The position numbers and the translations under genes were made by a program. From Pristiophorus japonicus (taxonomy: Eukaryota): 64,000 nt of DNA. The stretch spans positions 8,494,001 to 8,558,000 of the forward strand of contig NC_092003.1 in assembly GCF_044704955.1 (NCBI RefSeq), in the 5' to 3' direction. This document shows positions 34,604 to 46,220 of this stretch, in pieces (position 1 is the first letter of the stretch; each line of letters opens with the position of its first letter). The notes below the pieces were generated by a model that was not told the origin of the DNA, did not search any database, and saw only the letters and a list, made by a program, of their open reading frames with translations.

Positions 34604-36555
34604 TCCGGTAAGTATTATCTGTAATTTTAAACAGACGGCCTGGTCGTCACCAGGGGTTAAGTTTTTTTGCTCTACGAGTGTCCCTGTCACCCTGCAAAAT
34701 CAGAAGCACAAGGTTATAATCGAACCATTTCGAGCTGAATCTGTAGGGCGTGCGCCTGTGTCTTTACCCACTTAAATATTACCCAAACTCCTATTATGAC
34801 CAAGGCCAAAGCTATTCCTCCAAACATCGCTGTCTGCTTTACCGTTAGGTTGGGTTTGTGGACTACACCTACCCACCGTGGGGTACATTGGCTCTATTGC
34901 CAGAGGTGATGGTGCTATGGCTGCGCACTGCACTATCCGTCTAGTCCCGTTATCTCTTCCAGCCTGTTTATCTTAGCTTTTAACTCTTCAATTTGTTTTA
35001 TTGAATATCTATTTCTTTATTGTATCAGGCAAGTATTATTACATAAGCTAGTTCTATTTTTATTTTTGTTTCCTCTGTTAGGTGAGTCTTTTTTTTTCCC
35101 TATTAAGAAATCCAAATTAATAATGTTCAGTATAAAACGGCTGTCAATGGAAAGGGTTAACTCCTTTCCAGGTTTGTAAGAAGACCTGATGTCATTACGT
35201 GACTTCACGTAATCATCTGGAAAAAAAAAGTCTTTGTGCCTTCAAAACTGGCTTCGAAATTAGGAATCCGTTAAACAGCATAAATCATTAGAGTAAACTC
35301 CAATGTTTTCTTAACTTCTAATTCAAGTACTTGCCAAAGAATTATTTTTTTTTTTTAATTGTTTTAAAACAAGACCACACATACAATAGCAATTTTGTTT
35401 ACTGAAATTCAATTCTGTTTTTTTTTATTTCTCTCTTTCTCCTCGTTATCTTCAAAACCCTCCTGCTTGTTTAGACTGTTCGGGACATTTTGGAAATCTT
35501 TTCAAACTGCATTGAAACTTTTTCATAATTGAAAATTCGAATCCATGTAGAGTGTTTTTTACTTATTCCAATTTTTTTTTTTTCTAATTAAACCAATATC
35601 TTTTTCACAGCAAACATCAACTAGTATTTAGTAAGTTATGTCTTTTTCCATTTAGTCTGTTACATCTTTTTTTTCTTTCTTCAAATTAGGTTTTGTATTT
35701 TACACGGAGGGTTCGTAACTCCATAAAGTTGTTAATTTAAAATTTGTTTACTTTCAAAGTGGCATCTTTATCTTTTTCTTTTTCTCCATAACTGGAATGA
35801 AGTCCATCTTTGAGAGTTTGAGTGCTTTTTCGTTATCTCAAAATGCTCCAGTTTCAAAGTCGTTACTAAAGCTTGCTGTTTTTTAACATTTTCCAAAAGT
35901 TCCTTTTACACCTTCGCAGATAGCTCGCCACTTGCCCAGGAGTTTGACCTGATCAGATTTAATTTAATCTTTTTTTTTTTTAAATCCACCTCAGTATTTC
36001 CTGTGCCTTCTCTGAATATCTCAAAATCCCAATTCAAACTTTGTAATTTCAATCTTTATTTAAAACTTTTTTTTTAGAAGCTCTCTTTTTTTTCAGCATT
36101 CTTTATCTCATTCCGAGACTAAATTTATGTCTTTCAACCCAATCAATCATTGCATGTTTTCTTTCGGCAAGTAAGTGAGCATGTCAAATAAATATTTTGC
36201 TCAACAAACCTATTCTTTATTTGTTTATTTTCCTAGCTCCGTAACTTATCATCCGAATAAATCCACACCTGCGTTTCTAACTTAAATGTCTTAAAACTTC
36301 CCACATACAGGACAACATTACAAAGGGTTTAAAAAAAAAGACTTTCACTCTGTTTCTAAAATAAACAGACACTTGCATTCCTCTTCCAACCAGACTTTCG
36401 GAACATGAAAACATAAAAAAATTCATTCTGCAGTCAAAAATCACACAGACACTTCTCACTCAACGATTTACAACAGTCTCTCTTCTTGTTTTGGCCGGCT
36501 CTATTTTTGGATCCATGACCTTTCAGGGAATTCGTAGTTTTATCTAAATAATTCC

Positions 36556-36687
36556 TCACATAACTAATTCCTGAGGATTCCACCCTGCTTTAATCATATT
36601 TTCAATAAGCTTCTTTTGTTTTTCCGCCAGGTGGCGGGTAAGCGACCCTTCTGGTCCCCACTCGAGTTTACTTGTTTTCATGGCCAT
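36556..36687 (-). pseudogene. Probable gag N-terminal remnant (43 aa)
   Basis: MAMKTSKLEWGPEGSLTRHLAEKQKKLIENMIKAGWNPQELVM* lies at the expected gag position after a ~540-nt leader and is followed by stop-riddled, A-rich sequence. Confidence 0.4.
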
Positions 36688-37223
36688 TCCTGGGTAGGAC
36701 TACTACCGTTAGGAATCTACTCTCAGAGGTCCGCTTTCTTTCTAGCGCGACTTGTAGTAAACTTTCTCTTGGCTACTGTCAGGTCACAAGTTCTGCTGTT
36801 GCACAAACTTATACAATTCTTAAAAACGCGTTTAAGCAATTCCCGCAGTGCTCTACATATCCTTAACGACTACCTACCACCGCTCAGCCCGTTGGTCCGA
36901 CCCTGTTCACAGGTTTGGATTCCGTTAGCCGCTGTACACCGCTTGGTTCTATCCCGGGGTATTTCAAATTACACTACTGGGTCCGGAAGATGTCTCTCGG
37001 TATCACGATCCCACGGTCTAAGTGTGTTCCCTACGCCTACTTGGTTCCTGGCCGTCACGTGGGACAAAAGTCCTCTTAATTCAGGCTCAGGCTAGGCGTT
37101 TGAGATATTAGACCGTCTCCTCATGTCGATCAACCAGCTTCCACCTTCCGCACCCTTTATACTTAAAAATAGTTTTTTTATACTCACCCGGGTTTTTTCC
37201 AAGGGCGTCCAGCGACTCCGGGA

Positions 37224-37242
37224 AATCCTGCCGACTACGCCA
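37224..37242 (-). other. Primer-binding site complementary to tRNA-Ser 3' end
   Basis: Minus strand reads TGGCGTAGTCGGCAGGATT, 1 nt after the LTR; complementary to the vertebrate tRNA-Ser 3' end ...AATCCTGCCGACTACG-CCA. Confidence 0.92.
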
Positions 37243-37243
37243 T

Positions 37244-37913
37244 TGTTAGCGTTAGTGTTTTCTTAGAAGAATCACTCAACACTCAGGGTCGGTTCCAATG
37301 CTGAAGCAGCTTTTATTACGCTCAGCGGGAAGGAAAAACTCAGGACCGTATCCAGGTTTCTCTTCACAGAACAAAGAGTTACATGTACCTTTATATGTTT
37401 CACAACAGTTACAAAACAGTTTACTGCAGCTACACAGCCCATCACGGCTGGACACAAGCCAATCACAATGATTATAGATTACATATAGGTTATTTTAACC
37501 CAATAGAATTCCCCTTATGTCTCAGGAACCATGTGTTCGTCTTTTGTCAGCTTGGGCTGATTGATATAGGTTCTCTCACTAGTTCTTTCTTCTTGGAGAA
37601 ATAATTGGTATATAGCCTTGTTTACAGCAAATGGTTTCCCTCTTATCTTTCTTCCTGAAATAATTGGTTTCATGGCCTTGTTCACAGGAGATGGTTTCCT
37701 TCTTATCTCTGTCTTCCCAGGCATTCCTACAGTGGGCCTCACAGGGTTATTGCTCGGTCAGTGAACGTTCAACAGTTCACAGTTTGACTACCTGATTTCC
37801 CATAATGCCTGGGCAGCCATTTTATGTGTGTGTCCATTTAAGCTTATGTGAGTTTTAAATATCCAGCAGGTGCCTAATGCCTAAGTCTATATATATTTCT
37901 ACTCTCTACAACA
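37244..37913 (-). repeat. 5' LTR
   Basis: TGTTG...TAACA on the minus strand; TATAAA at 37390-37395; AATAAA at 37312-37317; followed by the PBS. Confidence 0.95.
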
Positions 37914-38709
37914 CACTTCCTCCACTTAGGGCGGACTGGTCTTTGGCCAGGGACTCCCAGGTGTCGGTGGGGTTGTCGCACTTTATCAGGGAGGCTTTGA
38001 GGGTGTCCCTGTAACATTTCCTCTGCCCACCTTCGGCGCGTTTGCCGTGAAGGAGTTCCGAGTAGAGCGCTCGCTTTGGGAGTCTCATGTCAGGCATACG
38101 AACAATGTGGCCCGCCCAGCGGAGCTGATCGAGTGTGGTCAGTGCTTTGATGCTGGGGATGTTGGCCTGATCGAGGACGGTAACCTTTGGTGCGTCTGTC
38201 CTCCCAGGGGATTTGTAGGATCTTGCGGAGACATCGTTGGTGGTATTTCTCCAGCAACTTGAGGTGTCTACTGTACACCTGTTATTACAACTGCGATACC
38301 CCATGCATCGCAACATTTTACACTTCACCCCACGCGGAGCTGTGCAATCTGGGAGAGGCCAAAAAAACAGATAAAACCCAGGCCAATTGGGAAAAAAATT
38401 TGGAAAAATTCCTCTCTGACCCATCCAGGTGATCAAAACTAGTCCGGGAGATCACTCTGGCGGGATTAGATTCCCTGACGTACTTACCTTCGTATCTGCG
38501 CCAGCCAACAAGAGGTTATCTAGTCTAGCGACAACTTTCCCAGTGGCTTATGACTGGTAAGCATCAAGGCTGTGACCTCCCACTCTGAACTCCAGTGGAC
38601 CACTGACCCTCTCAATGCCTGCCCTCAACCAAGCCCCCGACCATCTACCATCAAGGGCGCTACTCGGAGCTGAGCTTGTGGCCAATATCTCGCCGTAGGC
38701 AATTAGGCT

Positions 38710-39215
38710 CATTCAGCAGTGCCCGGTCTCCAGTCGTCTTGGACCTTCTTGCCACTGGACCAAGACCTTGCTCAGCTCAGCCCGTGTGCAACGGCCACCC
38801 CACGTTAAAAGAACTCATGCACAGGCATCTTCCACTCTGTTAACATGAAGTTTTGGACCTGGAACGTCAGGACCCTCATGGACAACACCAACACCGACAG
38901 GCCGGAACGCCGCACTGCCATAGTTGCCCAGGAACTTAGGCGCTTTGATAGCGACATCGCCGCCCTAAGTGGAGGAAGTGGATCCGGTAGGGCGCTGAGC
39001 ACCTAGAGTCTTGTCATCGAGAGCATGCAGAAACCAAGCGCAGGCAGGCAGTGGAAGGAGCGTGCGGCAAACCAATCACACCCACCCCTTCCCTCAACAA
39101 CTATCTGTCCCACCTGTGACAGAGACTATGGTTCTCGTATTGGACTGTACAGTCACTTAAGGACTCATGTTAAGAGTGGAAGCAAGTCTTCCTCGATTCC
39201 AAGGGACTGCCTATT
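38710..39215 (+). mobile_element. Internally deleted RTE LINE
   Basis: APE N-terminus (TWNVRTLMD..RPERRTAIVAQELRRFDSDIAALS) fused directly to the RTE 3' end. Confidence 0.75.
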
Positions 39216-39324
39216 CCCAGTCTAACCCCACTTACCAGTTCTAGGTCCGTAGCCCTGTAGGTTATTTCATTTTGGATTTCTCGAATACAGTGCTGGCACC
39301 AACACGATGGGCCAAATGGCCTCA

Positions 39325-40052
39325 TCCATGCCTTTGTTACCTCTCGACTCGACTATTCCAACGAACTCCTGGCCAGCCTCCCACCTTGCACCCTCCGTCA
39401 ACTTGAGCTCATCTAAAACTCTGCTGCCCATATCCTAACTCGCACCGAGTCCCGCTCACCCATCACCCCCTGTGCTCACTGCCCTGTATCCTAACTTGCA
39501 CCGAGTCCCACTCACCCATCACCCCCTGTGCTCGCTGCATCATGTCCTAACTCGCACCGAGTCCCGCTCACCCATCACTCCTCTGTGCTCGCTGCCCCAT
39601 GTCCTAGCTCGCACCGAGTCCCGCTCACCCATCACCCCCTGTGCTCGCTGCCCTGTGTCCTAACTCGCACCGAGTCCCGCTCACCCATCATCCCCTGTGC
39701 TCGCTGACCTACATTGGCTCCCGGTCCAGCAACTCCTCGATTTTTAAAATTCTAATCCTTGCGTTTAAATTCCTCCCTGGCCCCCATGGCCTCGCCCCCT
39801 CGCTATCTCTGTAACCTACTCCAGCCTTACAAACCACTGAGATGTCTGCGCTCCTCCAATTCTGGCTTCTTGTGCATCGGGGGCTTCTTGTGCATCCCCC
39901 GATTTCCATCGCTCCACCATCGGTGGCCGTGCCTCCAGCTGCCTGGGCCCCAAGCTCTGGAACTCCCTCCCTAAACCTCTCCGCCTCTCTCTCCTCCTTT
40001 AAAATGCACCTTAAAACCTACCAGTCTTTTGGTCACAAGTCCTAATATCTCC
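39325..40052 (+). mobile_element. L2 3' fragment with 56-57-bp tandem repeats
   Basis: SRLDYSN; ~5 x CCTAACTCGCACCGAGTCCCGCTCACCCATCACCCCCTGTGCTCGCTG. Confidence 0.85.
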
Positions 40053-40056
40053 TAAT

Positions 40057-41540
40057 AGTTCCTATGGAGTGGAGGGTAGCCAATGTAACCCCACTTTTTA
40101 AAAAAGGAGGGAGAGAGATAACAGGGAATTATAGACCGGTCAGCCTGACATCGGTAGTGGGTAAAATGATGGAATCAATTATTCAGGATGTCATAGCAGT
40201 GCATTTGGAAAGAGGTGACATGATAGGTCCAAGTCAGCATGGATTTGTGAAAGGGAAATCATGCTTGACAAATCTTCTGGAATTTTTTGAGGATGTTTCC
40301 AGTAGAGTGGACAAGGGAGAACCAGTTGATGTGGTATATTTGGACTTTCAGAAGGCTTTCGACAAGGTCCCACACAAGAGATTAATGTGCAAAGTTAAAG
40401 CACATGGGATTGAGGGTAGTGTGCTGACATGGATTGAGAACTGGTTGTCAGACAGGAAGCAAAGAGTAGGAGTAAATGGGGACTTTTCAGAATGGCAGGC
40501 AGTGACTAGTGGGGTACCGCAAGGTTCTGTGCTGGGGCCCCAGCTGTTTACACTGTACATTAATGATTTAGACGAGGGGATTAAATGTAGTATCTCCAAA
40601 TTTGCGGATGACACTAAGTTGGGTGGCAGTATGAGCTGCGAGGAGGATGCTATGAGGCTGCAGAGCGACTTGGATAGGTTAGGTGAGTGGGCAAATGCAT
40701 GGCAGATGAAGTATAATGTGGATAAATGTGAGGTTGTCCACTTTGGTGGTAAAAACAGAGAGACAGACTATTATCTGAATGGTGACAGATTAGGAAAAGG
40801 GGAGGTGCAAAGAGACCTGGGTGTCATGGTACATCAGTCATTGAAGGTTGGCATGCAGGTACAGCAGGTGGTTAAGAAAGCAAATGGCATGTTGGCCTTC
40901 ATAGCGAGGGGATTTGAGTACAGGGGCAGGGAGGTGTTGCTACAGTTGTACAGGGCCTTGGTGAGGCCACACCTGGAGTATTGTGTACAGTTTTGGTCAC
41001 CTAACCTGAGGAAGAACATTCTTGCTATTGAGAGAGTGCAGCGAAGGTTCACCAGACTGATTCCCGGGATGGCGGGACTGACCTATCAAGAAAGACTGGA
41101 TCAACTGGGCTTGTAATCATTGGAGTTCAGAAGAATGAGAGGGGACCTCATAGAAACTTTAAAATTCTGACGGGGTTAGACAGGTTAGATGCAGGAAGAA
41201 TGTTCCCAATGTTGGGGAAGTCCAGAACCAAGGGACACAGTCTAAGGATAAGGGGTAAGCCATTTAGGACCGAGATGAGGAGGAATTTCTTTACCCAGAG
41301 AGTGGTGAACCTGTGGAATTCTCTACCACAGAAAGTTGTTGAGGACAATTCACTAAATATATTCAAAAAGGAGTTAGATGAAGTCCTTACTACTCGGGGG
41401 ATCAAGGGGTATGGTGAGAAAGCAGGAATGGGGTACTGAAGTTGCATGTTCAGCCATGAACTCATTGAATGGTGGTGCAGGCTAGAAGGGCCGAATGGCC
41501 TACTCCTGCACCTATTTTCTATGTCTATGTTTCTATGTTT
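40057..41540 (+). mobile_element. 5'-truncated CR1 LINE with 350-aa open RT segment, nested in an L2 3' end
   Basis: [39 protein letters not shown]; L2 tail resumes at ~41543. Confidence 0.93.
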
Positions 41541-41639
41541 CTTATGTGGCTCGGTGCCAAGTTTTGACTGATTATCGCTCCTGTGAAGCACTTTGGGATG
41601 TTTTACTACGTTAAAAGGTGCTATACAAATACATATAAG

Positions 41640-44600
41640 AACATATAAGAAGGAGTGGTGCAGAAGGAAGGGAGATTCAAATTCCTGGCACATTGGAACC
41701 GGTTCTGGGGGAGGTGGGACCAGTACAAACTGGACGGTCTGTACCTGGGCAGGACCAGAACCATTGATCTAGGGGGAGTGTTTGCTAGTGCTGTTGGGGA
41801 GGGGTTAAACTAATATGGCAGGGGGATGGGAACCTATGCAGGGACATAAAATGGAGGCAGAAGCAAAAGATAGAAAGAAGAATAGTAAAAGTGGAGGGCA
41901 GAGAAACCCATGGCAAAAAACAAAAAGGGCCACATTACAAGCAAAATTCTAAAGGGGCAACTTGTGTTTAAAAGGCAAGCCTGGAGGCTCTGTGCCTCAA
42001 TGCAAGGAGTATTCGGAATAAGGTAGATGAATTAACTGCGCAGATAGCAGTTCACGGATATGATGTAATTGGCATCACGGAGACATGGCTCCAGGATGAC
42101 CAAGGCTGGGAACTCAACATCCAGGGGTATTCAACATTTATGAAGGATAGACAGGAAAAGGAGGCGGGGTGGTGTTGCTGGTTGGACGAAATTAATGCTG
42201 TAGTAAGGAGGGACATTAGCTTGGATGATGTGGAATCGGTATGGGTGGAGCTGCGGAATATCAAAGGGCAGAAAACGCTAGTGGGAGTTGTGCACAGACC
42301 ACCAAACAGTAGTAGTGAGGTTGGGGACAGCATCAAAAAAGAAATAAGGGATGTGTGCAATAAAGGTACAGCAGTTATCATGGGCGAATTTAATCTACAT
42401 ATTGACTGGGCTAACCAAACTGGTAGCAATGCGGTGGAGGACGATTTCCTAGAGTGTATTCGGGATGATTTTCGAGACCAATATGTCGAGGAACCAACGA
42501 GAGAGCTGGCCATCCAAGACTGGGTGTTGTGTAATGAGAAGGGACTAATTGGCAATCTTGTTGTGCGAGGCCCCTTGGGGAAGAGTGACCATAATATGGT
42601 AGAATTCTTTATTAAGATGGAGAGTGACACAGTTACTTCAGAAACAAGGGTCCTGAACTTAAGGAAAGGTAACTTCGATGGTATGAGGCGTGAATTGGCT
42701 AGAGTAGACTGGAAAATTATGCTTAAAGTGTTGGCGGTGGATAGGCAATGGCAAACATTTAAAGATCACATGGATGAACTTCAACAATGTACATCTCTGT
42801 CTGGAGTAAAAATAAAACGGTGAAGGTGGCTCAACCGTGGCTAACAAGGGAAATTAAGGATAGTGTTAGATCCAAGGAAGAGGCATATAAATTGGCCAGA
42901 AAAAGCAGTAAACCTGAGGACTGGGAGAAATTTAGAATTCAGCAGAGGAGGACAAAGGGTTTAATTAAGAGGGGGAAAATAGAGTAGGAGAGGAAGCTTG
43001 CCGGGAACATAAAAACTGACTGCAGAAGCATTTATAGATATGTGAAGAGAAAAAGATTCGTGAAGACAAACGTAAGTCCCTTGTAGTCAGATTCAGGTGA
43101 ATTTATAATGGGGAACAAAGAAATGGCAGACCAATTGAACAAATACTTTGGTTCTGTCTTCACGAAGGAAGACGCAAATAACCTTCCGAATGTATAAGGA
43201 AGCCGTGGGTCTAGTGAGAAGGAAGAACTGAAGGAAATCCTTATTAGGCGGGAAATTGTGTTAGGGAAATTGATGGGATTGAAGGCCGATAAATCCCTGG
43301 GGCCTGCTAGTCTGCATCCCAGAGTACTTAAGGAAGTAGCCCTAGAAATAGTGGATGCATTGTTGATCATTTTCCAACAGTCTATCGACTCTGGATCAGT
43401 TCCCATGGACTGGAGGGTAGCTAATGTAACACCACTTTTTTAAAAAGGAGGGAAAGAGAAAACGGGTAATTATAGACCGGTTAGCCTGACATCAGTAGTG
43501 GTGAAGATGTTGGAATCAATCATTAAGGATGAAATAGCAGCGCATTTGGAAAGCAGTGACAGGATCGGTCTGAGTCAGCATGGATTTATGAAAGGGAAAT
43601 CATGCTTGACGAATCTTCTGGAATTTTTAAGGCTGTAACTAGTAGAGTGGACAAGGGAGAACCAGTGGATGTGGTGTATTTGGACTTTCAAAAGGCTTTT
43701 GACAAGGTCCCACACAAGAGATTGGTGTGCAAAATCAAAGCACATGGTATTGGGGGTAATGTACTGACGTGGATAGAGAACTGGTTGGCAGACAGGAAGC
43801 AGAGAGTCGGGATGAACGGGTCTTTTTCAAAATGGCAGGCAGTGACTAGTGGGGTGCCGCAGGGCTCAGTGCTGGGACCCCAGCTCTTTACAATATACAT
43901 TAACGATTTAGATGAAGGAATTGAGTGTAATATCTCCAAGTTTGTGGATGACACTAAACTGGGTGACGGTGTGAGCTGTGAGGAGGACGTTAAGAGGCTG
44001 CAGGGTGACTTGGACAGGTTAGGTGAGTGGGCAAATGTATGGCAGATGCACTATAATGTGGGTTATCCACTTTGGGGGCAAAAACACGGAGGCAGAATAT
44101 TATCTGAATGGTGGCAGATTAGGAAAAGGGGAGATGCAACGAGACCTGGGTGTCATAGTACATCAGTCATTGAAAGTTGGCATGCAGGTACAGCAGGCGT
44201 TGAAGAAGGCAAATGGTATGTTGGCCTTCATAGCTAGGGGATTTGAGTATAGGAGCAGGGAGGTCTTACTGCAGTTGTACAGAGCCTTGGTGAGGCCTCA
44301 CCTGGAATATTGTGTTCCTAATCTGAGGAAGGACATTCTTGCTATTGAGGGAGTGCAGCGAAGATTCACCATACTGATTCCTGGGATGGCTGGACTGACA
44401 TATGAGGAGAGACTGGATCAAGTGGGCCTTTATACACTGGAGTTTAGAAGGATGAGAGGGGATCTCATAAGATTCTGATGGGACTGGATAGGTTAGATGC
44501 GGGAAGAATGTTTCCGATGTTTGGAAAGTCCAGAACCAAGGGACACAGTCCAAGGGGTAGGCCATTTATGACTGAGATGAGGAGAAACTTCTTCACTCAG

Positions 44601-44830
44601 AGAGTTGTTAACCTTTGGAATTGCCGACCACAGAAAGTTGTTGAGGCCAGTTCATTGGATATATTCAAGAGGGAGTTAGATGTGGCCCTTACGGCTAAAG
44701 GGATTAAGGGGTATGGAGAGAAAGTAGGAATGGGGTACTGAGGTGAATGATCAGCCATGATCTTATTGAATGGTGGTGCAGGCTCGAAGGGCCGAATGGC
44801 CTGCTCCTGCACCTATTTTCTATGTTTCTA
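41640..44830 (+). mobile_element. Long CR1 LINE: ORF1 3' end + disrupted ORF2 (APE endonuclease + RT) + 3' UTR
   Basis: ORF1 esterase-like end (..DGLYL..GEGLN*); APE motifs (GITETWL, GKSDHNMV); RT motifs (YLDFQKAFDKVPH, SGVPQGSVLGP, FVDD); many stops/frameshifts; TTCTATGT tail. Confidence 0.92.
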
Positions 44831-45631
44831 TAAGAAAGAAACAGGAGCAGGAGTCGGCCATTCGGCCCCTCGAGCCTGCTCTGCCATTCAATAAGATCAT
44901 GGCTGATCTGATCATGGACTCAGCTCCACTTCCCCGCCCACTCCCCCTAACCCTTCACTCCCTTATCATTCAAAAAGGTCTATCCCCACCTTAAATATAT
45001 TCAGTGACCCAGCCTCCACAGCTCTCTGGAGCAGAGAATTCCACAGATTCACGAACCTCTGAGAGAAGAAATTCCTCCTCATCTCAATGGGCGAACCCTG
45101 ATTCGTAATTTATGCCCCGTAGTTCTAGAGTTGTTGCTGGTGTTTGTAGAAACTTCCATAGTTGCATGGAGTGAATATGCATAAGCTTTGTCCCAAGAAA
45201 TGTTCTGGATTTAGTTGTAATACAATTGATAGTCACGGTTCGTAGAGGAACATAATTAGAAGAGATGAAGCTCTGTAATTGATAGTGATCTAGTGTGGAA
45301 TGCAGGTGTATGACATTTTTTATTTATTAATTCCTGAGATGTGGGCGTCGCTGGCAAGGCCGGCATTTATTGCCCATCCCTAATCGCCCCTTGAGAAGGT
45401 GGTGGTGAGCCGCCTTCTTGAACCGCTGCAGTCTGTGAGGTGAAGGTGCTCCCACAGTGCTGTTAGGGAGGGAGTTCCAGGATTGAGGCCGAGCAACGCT
45501 GAAGGAATGGCCGATATATTTCCAAGCCGGGATGGTGTGTGTGTGACTCGGAGGGGAACGTGGAGGTGATGGTGTTCCCATGCGTCTGCCGCCCTTGTCC
45601 TTCTAGGCGGTAGAGGTCGCGGGTTTGAGAG

Positions 45632-46220
45632 GTGCCCCTCCGACAGTACGGCGCTCTCTCAGTATTGCCCTTCCAACAGTGCAGCGCTCCCTCAGCACGG
45701 CCCCCCCCACAGTGTGGCACTCCATCAGTACTGCCCCTCCGACAGTACGGCGCTCCCTCAGCACTGCCCCTCCCACAGTGTGGCGCTCCCTCAGCACTGC
45801 CCCTCCGACAGTACGGCGCTCCCTCAGTACTGCCCCTCCGACAGTGCGGCGCTCCCTCAGTACTGCCCCTCCGACAGTGCGGCGCTCCCTCAGTACTGCC
45901 CCTCCCACAGTGTGGCGTTCCCTCAGTACTGCCCCTCCGACAGTGCGGCGCTCCCTCAGTACTGCCCCTCCCACAGTGTGGCGTTCCCTCAGTACTGCCC
46001 CTCCGACAGTGCGGCGCTCCCTCAGCACTACCCCTCCGACAGTGCGGTGCTCCCTCAGTACTGCCCCTCCGACAGTGCGGTGCTCCCTCAGTACTGCCCC
46101 TCCGACAGTGCGACGCTCCCTCAGTACTGCCCCTCCGACAGTGCAGCGCTCCCTCCGACAGTGCAGCGCTCCCTCAGCACTACCCCTCCGACAGTGCGAC
46201 GCTCCCTCAGCACCGCACTG
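45632..46220. repeat. 33-bp SINE-derived minisatellite (~17 copies)
   Basis: Unit CCCTCCGACAGTGCGGCGCTCCCTCAGTACTGC; SINE head at 46220-46320 (-). Confidence 0.92.

Larger units (their letters stand above)
31691..37913 (-). mobile_element. Non-autonomous endogenous retrovirus-like LTR element with F-type env and no recognisable pol
   Basis: Two 670-bp direct repeats with TG...CA ends; TSD CACTT at 31686-31690 and 37914-37918; PBS, PPT and env-like frame present. The interrupted RTE sequence (ggatgcactt|cctccacttaggg) rejoins cleanly across the insertion. Confidence 0.95.
31440..38280 (-). mobile_element. RTE LINE 3' fragment (31440-31690 + 37919-38280) split by the ERV
   Basis: YHQRCLRKILQIPWED, QLRWAGHIVRMPD, CDRDCGSRIGLFSH; flanking duplication TACAA(T/C)TGCGAT. 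Confidence 0.88.

Noticed and set aside
36616-37095. 159-aa antisense ORF in the ERV leader
   Set aside because: It has a non-ATG start and no recognisable motif; probably a chance ORF.
37224-37242. tRNA-Ser gene
   Set aside because: Only the 3'-terminal 19 nt including CCA are present, adjacent to an LTR, so it is a PBS. SINE heads were likewise not called tRNAs.
40064-41116. RT ORF as the missing pol of the ERV
   Set aside because: It carries non-LTR CR1 motifs, lies outside the LTRs on the opposite strand, and has a CR1 tail.
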